From: a virus
DNA: 35,794 nt
Strand: one strand, 5' to 3'
Virus genome (UHGV): UHGV-0192366
The notes under the pieces are model-generated. The model ran no database searches and was not told the DNA's origin. It saw only the letters and a program-made list of their open reading frames with translations. Made by a program: the position numbers and the translations under genes. Each line of letters begins with the position of its first letter. The stretch's first letter is position 1. Below are positions 6,833 through 16,376 of the stretch, in pieces.

Positions 6833-6918
6833 TACTCCTGTTCCTCCTGCTCTTCTGTCTCAAACGCTTTTTCCAGTTCTTCTGCTGTTGTTCTTCCAAA
6901 TTCGTTCTGTTCGCTCAT
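6832..6918 (-). CDS. 28-aa highly acidic peptide ORF (MSEQNEFGRTTAEELEKAFETEEQEEQE), translationally coupled to the amidase
   Basis: AGGAGGTGAG RBS. Its stop overlaps the amidase ATG (TAATG). Confidence 0.35.
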   Translation of the reverse strand: MSEQNEFGRTTAEELEKAFETEEQEEQE

Positions 6919-6936
6919 GTTCTCACCTCCTTGCAT

Positions 6937-6965
6937 AATAAAAGAGAGCCTGTTTCCAAGCTCTC
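6937..6965 (-). terminator. intrinsic terminator between the holin and amidase genes
   Basis: Minus-strand GAGAGC-uuggaaacag-GCUCUC followed by UUUUAUUAU. Confidence 0.5.
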
Positions 6966-6971
6966 CTGAAT

Positions 6972-7220
6972 CTATTTATATGTAAGTGCCCTCTCCGAAT
7001 CTCCTGTTCCCGGTGTTGTTGGGTCTACCACTACACCGAGGATCGCCAGCACTGCAAAGAGCGCATTGATTACGGTTAATAGCTTATCCCCAAGGTCTCC
7101 AAGGTCGATGGTAAGACCAAACACTGCCGCGATAGCCTGTACCAACAGCAAGAGTGCCGGAATCAGTGCCACCCAGAATGCCTTGTTTTTAATTCTTACA
7201 ATCCAGTTAATCTTCTTCAT
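6972..7220 (-). CDS. holin (phi-LC3/LL-H family, Phage_holin_1)
   Basis: MKKINWIVRIKNKAFWVALIPALLLLVQ...two TM segments...VVDPTTPGTGDSERALTYK matches this holin family. Confidence 0.85.
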   Translation of the reverse strand: MKKINWIVRIKNKAFWVALIPALLLLVQAIAAVFGLTIDLGDLGDKLLTVINALFAVLAILGVVVDPTTPGTGDSERALTYK

Positions 7221-7232
7221 TTTACGTCCTCC

Positions 7233-7514
7233 TTAAAAAAGCATTGCTGCTACTGCCCCGATGACTGCACCAATCAGAGCGGTTACAACTCCATCCCATC
7301 GTCTGGCTGGAGTCTGCTCAAGATGTGTCACTTTTGCGGTCAGCTGCACAAGGGTCTGGTTCATAAATCCCACCTCTTTGGTCAGTCCTACCATCTCCTG
7401 TGCCAGCTGGTGTACTACATTTACAATGTCTTCAGCTTCTTTCATTCGGTGCTTTAGAGAGCCGATTTCTTTTCCGTGCTCTGCAAGTTTCACTTCTACT
7501 TCATTTTCTGTCAT
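7233..7514 (-). CDS. xhlA: XhlA-family phage membrane protein (hemolysin XhlA-like)
   Basis: N-terminal coiled-coil plus C-terminal TM helix VVTALIGAVIGAVAAMLF. Located adjacent to the holin as in PBSX-type lysis cassettes. Confidence 0.7.
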   Translation of the reverse strand: MTENEVEVKLAEHGKEIGSLKHRMKEAEDIVNVVHQLAQEMVGLTKEVGFMNQTLVQLTAKVTHLEQTPARRWDGVVTALIGAVIGAVAAMLF

Positions 7515-7535
7515 GTCTTTCCTCCAGTTTTAAAG

Positions 7536-7562
7536 TATAAAAATAAGACCATCACGGTCTTG
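7536..7562 (-). terminator. intrinsic terminator after the tail genes (before the lysis cassette)
   Basis: Minus-strand AAGACC-gugau-GGUCUU followed by AUUUUUAUAC. Confidence 0.5.
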
Positions 7563-7585
7563 CTCTGATCTCCATATTCGCTCCT

Positions 7586-10438
7586 TTAGTCATCCGTAAT
7601 CCATGTAAATGTTCTGGTGTGCTCGCAATATGCCGGATTATCTACAATTAAGGATATCTCTCCGCCTTTTGATATGTGATACCTACCAGAGCCGAATATA
7701 GATGTGCCTACAACTTCGTTGCATGGCTCAGTGATATCTATAGATGGTTGGTATCCAGCCGGAATTTGTATCTCATCGAAAGGGCCGTGATTTCCTTGGG
7801 ATGGAAATTGCGCAAGCATTGTTAGCCTACAAGTTACCACACACCCTCTTCTTTTTAATTCGACACGTGCATAGTTTTGTGAGTTTGTACTTATGTACGG
7901 ACCACTTACTCTTCCGGAGTCATAATTTGTTGCTTTAGATATATTTACCTCGTATGATCCGGTGCTTTTGATGTATATACCGTCCCGTTTAAAATTAACA
8001 AGGTTTGAAATGGTGGCTCCGTCAAAATACTGCGCAATCTGCGTTGGGAATATAGACAAGCTTGTGTGTCTACCATTGTTCATCCCATTCGCCATAAATA
8101 CGCCCTTGCTTATCGCAGAGCTGTTTATCCCGTTTTCATCCTCGGAGTAGATCTCTCCGGTATTTACTTGGATAAAAAAGTGTCCGTCCAGACTCTTTAT
8201 AAGTCCAGCGGTTACAGTTCCGAGGTTTGCGGCAATCGCACTTAGCGCCTCTACATTCAGATTTTCTACCGAAATGTAATAGATCACCCACTTACTGCCG
8301 TCCCATCTTTTAATCGGCTCTCCGCTTGCAGTCTGCCAGAGCTGTCCCGCTTTTGGATTTTCCGGAGCTGTTGGAGACACGATAATGCCGGAATCCCCGT
8401 CTGCCCCATTCTGCCCGTGTACTCCGATGATAATAGGGGTTGTCTTGGTCGAGGTTCCATTTGTGTAGGCATAAACTTCGTAGCTCCACAAATATTTTTT
8501 TACGTCCGTCATGTCCTGCTCCGTAGTGCTCCACCCAGAAGAGGATATTGTGATTCCGGTACTCTTTTCGGATGCGAGGTAGTACTTTGTAATAGATTCG
8601 ATTCCAACACCGTCCTGACCATCATCCCCTTTATACTTCGACCACTGATAATCTGTGGGATTGCTACTTTCTGTCGGTACTTCCTTGTTATAGGCAAATC
8701 CGATGTAATATTTTCCGTTCGGGCTGTCAGACATCCCGTTTCCGCTGGCATCATCCGCATATCTCACCCACGTATAGTAAGTTTTTCCGTCATCTCCGGG
8801 CTTTCCTGGTACTCCCTCTCCGGTGATCCTTGCCCACTGGTAATCTTCCGGATTATTGGACATTACTGGAGTCACCTTATTGTAGGCAATTCCTAAGTAT
8901 TCCTTTCCATCTGGACTGCTGGACATCCCGTTTCCATACTCGTCATCAGCAAATTTAAACCATGTGTAATAAGTTGTTCCGTCCTGACCATCCTCTCCGT
9001 CCATTACATCCGTAATCGTAACCTCGTAATATCCACGCTTTACTCCGCTTTCGAACGCCGTAAAAGAGTACACTGCTTTTACATCCACATCCTCTGCATT
9101 AACCGTAACACTCTTGCCAACGTAAAACTCTGTCCCATCTTTACTCCACCGGATTTCCAGATTTCCAGACACATCCACACCGTTGTTGTAAGCGTAGGCT
9201 GTCAGCGTTGTGCTCCCGATGCCGTTTTTAAAGATAATTCCATTGTTTGTGGCAATGGAGCAGGTGTAAATCTTATTTTTGTTAATAAGGTCTTGCATCC
9301 TCTGTAATAAGCTGTCCGAAATTTCGGATGTAAGCTCTTTGTAGTTGCTAAACACTGTCTTGGCAGTCTTTGGATTGGTAAGGCTTCGTACCTGCTCCGA
9401 CACCCTCGCCTGTAGATAGAGGACTGGTGTCCACTCCTGATCCTGCATCCTCACGGTGTCCCCGATGTTGGTGTCAAAATATCCATCCACCTCGTAGGTC
9501 ACTACCGGTTCGGATGCAACTTTTAGATCAGATAATGCCATACTATAGAGCTTGTCCTTGCTGTCTGTATCGTACTCTTTTCGCAGCATGATATAAGCAT
9601 CGTCCTTGTTTACGATGTTGGACGGGAATCGATCTCTTGCCTGCGGTGCCCGGATGAGTGCCCCGTCTGTAAAGTACTCAATATTGCCGTTTTCATCGTA
9701 TTCTTTCTTGTCAAGACCATTGATTGTCAAACCATCCTTTCCGGTCGGCTGGATACAGGTGTAAAGCTTCTCGGCATCTGTGGTTTTACGGATTCCGGTA
9801 ATTCCTTTTCCGTACCGCAGGACAATGTCATTCCTGTATTCTCCGACTCCACTGTTGGTGTCGGAGTGTTCTCGGTAGACATTCAGGACGATCTCTTTTA
9901 AAGAGTAGTCTTTGTTTAAGACTGTTTCAAATTCGATTTCTGCCGAAAATACGTTGGCCAGAGAAAATAGCCTCTTTAATACAGACGTTGTGCCTGTCCA
10001 CTCATTGGTGATCCGTTTATCTGATACCTCGTTAAGCCCCAATTTCAGCGTTCTCTCCGCATCAAATATGGCAAGGTACTCTCCAAAGCTCATTGCACTG
10101 GCGGCCTTGTATGCCCCGGAATCCTCATTGATCAGCTCGAAAGATAACGACCACGCCGTAGCTGTGATCGTCTCCTCTGTTTGCTCAGTGTTTACGATAT
10201 TTAAGTAATAGGATTTGCCCTTGCACTTAAACGCCACCTTATTCCCGACCGTGATATGCTGTGCGTCCGTGTGTTTGGCATTGACCGTAAAAGTGTAAGT
10301 ATTTGCCGCGCCCTGCAGGTATTCGTGTAATTCGTCTTTCCAGTAGTGCATAGACTTTTTATGTTTATTATCCATGTAAGCCAATGGTGCGTTACCTGTA
10401 CTTAATATCGCAATTCTGGCATTTTCTATCATAGACAT
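7586..10438 (-). CDS. tail-associated protein Tal / tail fibre (N-terminal prophage-tail endopeptidase-like domain, C-terminal receptor-binding region)
   Basis: 950 aa immediately downstream of Dit with an ATGA overlap (likely start M3 at ~10432). Central G-x-D-G repeats, beta-rich C-terminus. Confidence 0.7.
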   Translation of the reverse strand: MSMIENARIAILSTGNAPLAYMDNKHKKSMHYWKDELHEYLQGAANTYTFTVNAKHTDAQHITVGNKVAFKCKGKSYYLNIVNTEQTEETITATAWSLSFELINEDSGAYKAASAMSFGEYLAIFDAERTLKLGLNEVSDKRITNEWTGTTSVLKRLFSLANVFSAEIEFETVLNKDYSLKEIVLNVYREHSDTNSGVGEYRNDIVLRYGKGITGIRKTTDAEKLYTCIQPTGKDGLTINGLDKKEYDENGNIEYFTDGALIRAPQARDRFPSNIVNKDDAYIMLRKEYDTDSKDKLYSMALSDLKVASEPVVTYEVDGYFDTNIGDTVRMQDQEWTPVLYLQARVSEQVRSLTNPKTAKTVFSNYKELTSEISDSLLQRMQDLINKNKIYTCSIATNNGIIFKNGIGSTTLTAYAYNNGVDVSGNLEIRWSKDGTEFYVGKSVTVNAEDVDVKAVYSFTAFESGVKRGYYEVTITDVMDGEDGQDGTTYYTWFKFADDEYGNGMSSSPDGKEYLGIAYNKVTPVMSNNPEDYQWARITGEGVPGKPGDDGKTYYTWVRYADDASGNGMSDSPNGKYYIGFAYNKEVPTESSNPTDYQWSKYKGDDGQDGVGIESITKYYLASEKSTGITISSSGWSTTEQDMTDVKKYLWSYEVYAYTNGTSTKTTPIIIGVHGQNGADGDSGIIVSPTAPENPKAGQLWQTASGEPIKRWDGSKWVIYYISVENLNVEALSAIAANLGTVTAGLIKSLDGHFFIQVNTGEIYSEDENGINSSAISKGVFMANGMNNGRHTSLSIFPTQIAQYFDGATISNLVNFKRDGIYIKSTGSYEVNISKATNYDSGRVSGPYISTNSQNYARVELKRRGCVVTCRLTMLAQFPSQGNHGPFDEIQIPAGYQPSIDITEPCNEVVGTSIFGSGRYHISKGGEISLIVDNPAYCEHTRTFTWITDD
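8624..8998 (-). repeat. two tandem ~55-60-aa repeats within Tal (TYYTW(F/V)(K/R)(F/Y)ADD..GNGMS.SP.GK.Y.G.AYNK..P..SNP.DYQW), flanked by GxDGQDG collagen-like motifs
   Basis: Seen in the translation at aa ~481-605 and as diverged tandem DNA repeats. Confidence 0.6.
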
Positions 10439-11892
10439 ACCTCCCGTATTTTTGCTTTGATCGTCGGAGGAGGGCTGCTAAAATCCGAATAATAAAACTG
10501 GACTTCCGTAGTCCCCGGCGGCACCTTAAAATAATCCGTTCCGGTTACCTCATGTCCTGCGGATGCCACACCATCTACATAGACTTTCGTGCTTTCCCCG
10601 TCAATCTGTATCACATTTCCAGCTTGGAACCGGTTTGGAACATCCCTCTTTGCATCTACGCTGTGGCTCACAAATTCCATGGAGTACACGTGATTCTCTC
10701 CGATCCCTTCCCCAGACCCCCAGACACCAATAAAGGTGCTGATTTCTGTCACTTCAATGTCTTTCATTTCCGGTACCGTAAATGGTTTCACTTCTCCGTT
10801 AACATTAAATTCAAATCGTTCTCCAAACTTGGAGATACTGGATCGCCCTGCTTTCTGTCCGGTTCTCGGATTGTCCCAGCTACAGTCAAATTCAATCTTT
10901 CCCTTGTTGATTCCGTTTACGAAAAACTCCGCATATCCTTTATTGTTCCCAAGCTCATTTTTAAACACGGTCATAGCTGCTACATTGCGCTTGTTTCTGT
11001 CCGTCATTAAAAACTGGATAACACCTCGGTTGTTAAATGTTGATGTCGTAAAGTAATGATGCCAAGACAAGGTGCAGTTCTTAGCTCCGGTGTGTCCGTT
11101 GCTGTCCATTGGTACTTGTTTTGTCCAGCTCGGACCGTGCCACTGCTCTCCTGTCCCATAATTCGTGACTCGCAGGGCATAACCTCCTGTTCCGTTGGTG
11201 ATTGCAAGATTCCCGGTCTGCTTGTGCTCGCTTACAACGTGGACGGTGGTGGCATTGTTTAAAACCCAACCGCTTGTGCTTGGGGAAAAAATGTCATTGA
11301 TGAGGGTTTCCGATGCTTCATAGTCCTCCAAGTCTGTTTCCTCTACTTTTCCAAGCTGTATCGTTCCATATTGACTCACAAGTCCAATGTATCCATTTTC
11401 GTGTTTATGCGTAATCTCATAGTCCACGTCACACCATTCGGTGCCGTTGTTTTGGATTGTAATGGTCTGGTAGCCGCTCTGTTGGACTCCATAAAAGTCG
11501 AATTCTGCGGTGGAGTATGCTACCCCGTCAGGGATTAGCCATGTGATTGTGCCTTTTCCAAACATTGCGACCTGTGTTATGTCAAAATTGCCGTCAGGGA
11601 CAGCATAAAAATAGCGATCCGGATAATTCCCAAACACAAGCCTTTTCGGCTCTGCGACATTTAGGATTTTCTGAATCGCATCATAGTTTGCTAAGATATC
11701 GCCTTTAATTTCAAAGGGCATTTCTATCGTTCTGGACTTATAAGTTGTATACCCGTAATCTTCCCCTTTGCACGACTCTGCGCCGTCCAAAAGTTCTGTT
11801 TCACGGTCTACCCCGCTAAATGGGGAGAACCCAGAAAGCACGTTTAAATACTTTCCGAGTTCTTGGTCGTTAAACTTAACTGATAGGCTCAA
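10429..11892 (-). CDS. distal tail protein Dit (Sipho_tail family) with long C-terminal extension (evolved Dit)
   Basis: N-terminus MSLSVKFNDQELGKYLNVLSG...YPDRYFYAVPDG is Dit-like. 487 aa against ~250 aa for a canonical Dit. TTG start with an AGGAGGGG RBS. Confidence 0.7.
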   Translation of the reverse strand: MSLSVKFNDQELGKYLNVLSGFSPFSGVDRETELLDGAESCKGEDYGYTTYKSRTIEMPFEIKGDILANYDAIQKILNVAEPKRLVFGNYPDRYFYAVPDGNFDITQVAMFGKGTITWLIPDGVAYSTAEFDFYGVQQSGYQTITIQNNGTEWCDVDYEITHKHENGYIGLVSQYGTIQLGKVEETDLEDYEASETLINDIFSPSTSGWVLNNATTVHVVSEHKQTGNLAITNGTGGYALRVTNYGTGEQWHGPSWTKQVPMDSNGHTGAKNCTLSWHHYFTTSTFNNRGVIQFLMTDRNKRNVAAMTVFKNELGNNKGYAEFFVNGINKGKIEFDCSWDNPRTGQKAGRSSISKFGERFEFNVNGEVKPFTVPEMKDIEVTEISTFIGVWGSGEGIGENHVYSMEFVSHSVDAKRDVPNRFQAGNVIQIDGESTKVYVDGVASAGHEVTGTDYFKVPPGTTEVQFYYSDFSSPPPTIKAKIREVCL

Positions 11893-14219
11893 TTTCTGTC
11901 CCCTCCTAACATCTTTTCAAAATCTTGATTCTTTTTAATCTGGTTTTGCATCGGAGTGGCAAGTACTCTGGATGTCTCTACAGAGTCAATCTTATTGATG
12001 ATCTCGAGTGGTCTGTTGGCAAGTCTGGATAGACGATCTACTGCGTAGAGTAGCTCGTTATTATTTTCAGACTTCCGGATTCCAACGCTTTTCTGGTACG
12101 TTTGGCTTCCAGCGCTTTCCGGCACTGATAATGTTATACCGCTCACAGATGCAGACAACTGAGACACTACCTTACCGGATACTTTTTTCATCTCTTTGTA
12201 CGGCATATACTTTTCGTATCCAACACCTACGCCCATTGCAAGGTATTTCCCGACTTGGTCTCGCATAACTCTGGACGGTGATTTTATGCCGAAAAAATCG
12301 CAAATAGATGTAACTACACTATCAGCGAATCCTCCAATCTTGTCAATAATCCAACCAGTCATGTTGGATATTCCGTTCCAGATTCCTTGGACAATATTGC
12401 TTCCAATGGATATCATTTTCCCGGGAACGGATGAGATTGTGCTAATAATAGCATTTGCTATCCCAGAAACAGCGTTTTTAACAGCGACAATCGACGTCTG
12501 TATTACATTTGAGAATCCAGTCATCGCAGTACGTCCGATATCCCGCAATAAAATTGGAAGATTCTGAATAGAGGATTTAATTCCATTCAAAATATTTTTT
12601 CCACACTCTATTGCGAATCCGACCATAGACTTAATTCCATTTCCCAGTGCGGTTATAATGGTTTTACCAAGGTTCAGCCACTGGAATGCCATCAGTGTGT
12701 CGACGATAGCTGCTATGATCTGGGGAATATTTGCAATCAGAGTTGGTATTGCCTGAATAAGCCCGAGCGCCAACTGCCCAAGCAATTCCGCGCCCTTCAT
12801 TAAAATCGTCGGGAAATTGTCGTTAATAATGTTTGCGAATGTAGAAATAATCTCTGGGACTCGCTCAATCAATATCGGTATTGCGGTCACGATTCCCTCT
12901 ACCAATTTCTGTAGCAACTCAAAACCTTTTTGAATCATTACAGGTGCAGCTTCTGCAAGCTTTTCTCCGATTCCTTGTATAAAATCAAGCACTTTCGGCA
13001 GCGCTTCTGGGATTGCCTTTACGAATCCATCAATCAGATTGCTTAACAATTCATAGCCTTGCTGCAACAAACCTGGCCCCTGAGATGTTATCTGCTCGTA
13101 TAGAGTTGTAATAAGCTGGGTTATAAGTAAGCCGACAGACGGTAATACCTGCATCATCCCGTTTATTATTGCCTGTGTGATCTGGATCCCAGACGACAAC
13201 AGTTGCGGTATACTTGTGCTGATATTTTCTGCAAACGAACTTATGATCTGCGCTGACGCAGTTACGATTCCAGGCAACGACTGAATGATTCCAGTTGTTA
13301 TATTGGAAATAACTTGCCCGCCGATCTGCATCATTTCTCCCAGTTTCCCGGAATTAAGTGACTGCGAAAGACTGTCCATCAACAGGTTTCCAACTTCCGG
13401 GAGTTCTTTTGCAAGTCTTGGAACGATCTGCATCAAATTATTTGTTATATTTTCAGCCGCCGCCTTTACAGCATCTGCCAACTCCTGAGGTGAACTTGAA
13501 CCATTCAAAAAGTTATCAAACGCCGCTTTTGCGGATTGCACAGAACCCTCTATGGTAGTCAATGCTTCTGCACTTGTCGTTCCAGCTATACCCATATTTT
13601 CTTGAATCTTGTGGATTGCCTGAATGATCTGGTCGAACGACACATTGTCGAGATTCTCTATTTTTTCGTTGAGAATGCCACTGTCGTTAATCAAGCGGAT
13701 CATTTCAGCCTGCGTTCCACCATATCCAAGTTTCAGGTTATCCAACATTGTGTAGTTCTGCTTCGCAAATCCCTGATAAGCGTTTTGGATATCCGTCATG
13801 TTGGAACCAAATTTATTTGCATTGTCTGACATGTCTACCATTGCCATGTCTGCTATTCTGGCGGCTTCTGCGGTATTGTTTCCAAGCCCCTGTAAAAGTG
13901 ATGCAGAAAAGCTTGTTACAGTCTCCATGTACTTATTTGCGGATACACCAGCTGTCTTATACGCATTGTTCGCGTTATCGATCACTGTCTGCGCGCTATC
14001 TTTAAACAGCGTCTCAACACCGCCTATGTTCTGCTCCAAGCTTGCAACGGAATCAAGAGACATTTTAGACACTGCCACAAATGCTGCAGCAACGCCAGCT
14101 ACTGATCCGGCAATCACTTTCAATCCACCACTTGCAACACTGCCAAGTTTGGAAATTCCTGAATTAAATCCGGAATCGTTTATTTCTGTGTTAAATTTTA
14201 ATGAGCCATCATAACCCAT
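11889..14219 (-). CDS. tail tape-measure protein
   Basis: 776 aa. N-terminal TMP-like MGYDGSLKFNT...GISKLGSVASGGLKVIAG..., long Gly/Ile/Ala-rich helical repeats. AAAGGAGGG RBS. Sits between TAC/Gp15 and Dit. Confidence 0.85.
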   Translation of the reverse strand: MGYDGSLKFNTEINDSGFNSGISKLGSVASGGLKVIAGSVAGVAAAFVAVSKMSLDSVASLEQNIGGVETLFKDSAQTVIDNANNAYKTAGVSANKYMETVTSFSASLLQGLGNNTAEAARIADMAMVDMSDNANKFGSNMTDIQNAYQGFAKQNYTMLDNLKLGYGGTQAEMIRLINDSGILNEKIENLDNVSFDQIIQAIHKIQENMGIAGTTSAEALTTIEGSVQSAKAAFDNFLNGSSSPQELADAVKAAAENITNNLMQIVPRLAKELPEVGNLLMDSLSQSLNSGKLGEMMQIGGQVISNITTGIIQSLPGIVTASAQIISSFAENISTSIPQLLSSGIQITQAIINGMMQVLPSVGLLITQLITTLYEQITSQGPGLLQQGYELLSNLIDGFVKAIPEALPKVLDFIQGIGEKLAEAAPVMIQKGFELLQKLVEGIVTAIPILIERVPEIISTFANIINDNFPTILMKGAELLGQLALGLIQAIPTLIANIPQIIAAIVDTLMAFQWLNLGKTIITALGNGIKSMVGFAIECGKNILNGIKSSIQNLPILLRDIGRTAMTGFSNVIQTSIVAVKNAVSGIANAIISTISSVPGKMISIGSNIVQGIWNGISNMTGWIIDKIGGFADSVVTSICDFFGIKSPSRVMRDQVGKYLAMGVGVGYEKYMPYKEMKKVSGKVVSQLSASVSGITLSVPESAGSQTYQKSVGIRKSENNNELLYAVDRLSRLANRPLEIINKIDSVETSRVLATPMQNQIKKNQDFEKMLGGDRN

Positions 14220-14434
14220 ACTATCCCTCCTTTATGGATAGCACAGGCTCAATGGCTCAATTTAAAGTGCTTAAATCTTAATCTCTACTTCTTTTTTGCA
14301 CGTCCGGCACTTGATAAATGCATTGGTGCAAACGGAATTGTTGTTATAAATCAATAGCTTGCACCCGCAAAAAGGACACTTATACCACTTTCTCTCAAGT
14401 GATGGTTTTTTAATTTTACAACTCATCTGTCACC

Positions 14435-15007
14435 TCACATAAAAGCATTTCCGATATCATAATCAGTCAGGCTTTCAGACGGTAATTGAATCGATTTTTG
14501 AATCTTTTTAATTCGCTTTCTCTCTTCCTTGTCTTTAATTTCCGATAAATCAACACTGCGGTACATTATTCGCTGCTTGATTTCTGTATCATCAGACAGA
14601 CCATCGAAAAGCATCCGGAATTTCCACCAGTGCATATATTTAATGTCGATTAAATCAATCCCATAATCCCTGAGAAAGCCGGATAATATATACGGATAAT
14701 CAATGGAGTACGAGAACAAATTTTTCTTCGGCTTTTCTTGTGGTCTCCCACAATCACCTGTCTCCGCAACCTCTGCGCAATTTGCATCCATCGTTATAAA
14801 GCAGGACAATGCGCTTATAGCTTCTTCGTCTGCGACTACGTCATCAAGAAAATACTGCTGTATGATCGCGAATTTTTGAAGAGCATCAAGCTCTTGGTCT
14901 TTTAACATGTCCAAAAGCCTGATGTATTCACGGAAATCCGTAATAACCTTGATGTTTTCACCTTTCACATTTACCGTGTTCGGTAACTCTTCATAGAAAA
15001 AATTCAT
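14435..15007 (-). CDS. Gp15-like tail-assembly-associated protein (second chaperone-position gene)
   Basis: Lies between TAC and TMP. The first ATG (~15007) directly follows the TAC stop (TAAcATG). The track start at 15058 is TTG. Confidence 0.5.
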   Translation of the reverse strand: MNFFYEELPNTVNVKGENIKVITDFREYIRLLDMLKDQELDALQKFAIIQQYFLDDVVADEEAISALSCFITMDANCAEVAETGDCGRPQEKPKKNLFSYSIDYPYILSGFLRDYGIDLIDIKYMHWWKFRMLFDGLSDDTEIKQRIMYRSVDLSEIKDKEERKRIKKIQKSIQLPSESLTDYDIGNAFM

Positions 15008-15008
15008 G

Positions 15009-15374
15009 TTATTTCTTTGCACGTCTCTGAGCTCTATTCGGAGTATATTTGCTAACAACAGAATTTCTTCTCTTGTTTACGGCATTGATTTCTTTTTCAC
15101 ATACAGCAATGAACGAATCATAGCACTCTTCGCAAACTCTCAAATTCATCTTGCCGTCAAAAAGTTTTTCAGAAGTGCCTTCTCCAAAAATTCCGTCAAA
15201 AATATCATAAAATAGCAAACAATATTCCCTTGTTATTTCCGATATCTTCCCAACCTTTTCAAGGTTCTTCTCTCTCGGCTCAATGCTTTCAAATACTTTT
15301 TCGTATCTTTCCAAAAACTCTACGTCATCCATATCTATTTCAAGTTCTACATCGTTCCATTTCCACTGGCTCAT
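15009..15374 (-). CDS. tail assembly chaperone
   Basis: 121 aa, acidic, immediately downstream of the major tail protein module. AGGAGAGTGAG RBS. Confidence 0.55.
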   Translation of the reverse strand: MSQWKWNDVELEIDMDDVEFLERYEKVFESIEPREKNLEKVGKISEITREYCLLFYDIFDGIFGEGTSEKLFDGKMNLRVCEECYDSFIAVCEKEINAVNKRRNSVVSKYTPNRAQRRAKK

Positions 15375-15429
15375 TGGCTCACTCTCCTATTCTTTCTCGT
15401 ATTTTTTACCGCCTTAAAATCGGCGGCAG

Positions 15430-15954
15430 CTACTCCCCCATGTAATCACCCTTAGTGTAAGTGACTGTCTTAGATGTAATATCAGTCTCTGTAACATATC
15501 CTTCCTCGATTTCGGATACAGCTTTCAGTGATCCGCTATAAACCAATGCGTCCGTTCCATCTCCGTCCGAATCCGGTATAACTGCGTAAGTTCTCTTTGT
15601 TGCGTAACACTTGTCACCTTTCGTGTTCTTTTTGTAAAAATCCACCGTGACCACTTCCACATGTGCATCATCCGCAACTTTCTCACCGTCATGGATTGCC
15701 GCAATGCGCTCATGTACCGGATTGCCAACGTACATATCGAAGGAGTATTCCGTAGCCGGAGCATATCCAACTACATCTGATCTCTCGGTGCTTTCATCCA
15801 CGTACTGCCTGGAATACTCTTTCGGGTTTTTCCCGTTTGTCATTGCGGTAAAATTGGTCATTCTTTCAAATTTCGGAGAGCTGCCCGTTGCATCCGTGTT
15901 CATGAATGCTACACGCAAATGTCTGCCGACTAATTTTGGTGCTGTTACTGCCAT
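15430..15954 (-). CDS. major tail protein (TP901-1/phi13 family)
   Basis: True start is likely ATG ~15954 with an AGGAGGT RBS (the track ORF begins at GTG 15987). Ig-like beta-rich sequence typical of siphovirus MTPs. Confidence 0.7.
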   Translation of the reverse strand: MAVTAPKLVGRHLRVAFMNTDATGSSPKFERMTNFTAMTNGKNPKEYSRQYVDESTERSDVVGYAPATEYSFDMYVGNPVHERIAAIHDGEKVADDAHVEVVTVDFYKKNTKGDKCYATKRTYAVIPDSDGDGTDALVYSGSLKAVSEIEEGYVTETDITSKTVTYTKGDYMGE

Positions 15955-15956
15955 AC

Positions 15957-16376
15957 TTATACCTCCTGCGTATAAATTAAGCGGCACTCAATACGATACT
16001 TAGCTTTTTCCTCGTTGATATCGTACAAGTAACCACTGTTTAAAGTTTCAATTGATATTGGGCTTTTCTTTTCTTCGAGTTTTGGGAGGTTGTCGTTAAA
16101 ACTCTGCTGTTCCAACCACTCTTCGAAACCCTGGAAGAATCCACTGTTTTCGATATTGATTCTTGCGTCCTGATCGTATTCCTCTTGGCTCGTAAACGCG
16201 AATTGGAACTGCTTCTTTGCCCCACCGTCCATGTATCTCTGTATGATCGGGTCGCAAGGGAGAGGGTCAACAGAGTACCCCATATCCGTTCCAATGTAGT
16301 CCACGTTCACACGTCCATCACTTAAAAACGGACATGTGAGAATATATGATCTGACGCTGTCAATGAGATTTGACAT
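15957..16376 (-). CDS. tail-completion / head-tail joining region protein (hypothetical)
   Basis: Position immediately upstream of the MTP. AAAGGAG RBS. Confidence 0.4.
   Translation of the reverse strand: MSNLIDSVRSYILTCPFLSDGRVNVDYIGTDMGYSVDPLPCDPIIQRYMDGGAKKQFQFAFTSQEEYDQDARINIENSGFFQGFEEWLEQQSFNDNLPKLEEKKSPISIETLNSGYLYDINEEKAKYRIECRLIYTQEV

Noticed and set aside
8624-14219. Possible CRISPR array or satellite in the repetitive tail genes
   Set aside because: The repeats are in-frame, diverged protein-coding duplications (Tal modules, TMP helical repeats). No short identical direct repeats with unique spacers occur anywhere in the window.
15954-15987. N-terminal extensions of several track ORFs (for example MTP 15987, terS 25230, scaffold 19018, Gp15-like 15058)
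   Set aside because: These begin at GTG or TTG without a properly spaced RBS. Downstream ATGs with canonical GGAGG-type RBSs and stop/start coupling give products matching conserved N-termini. I used the shorter starts.
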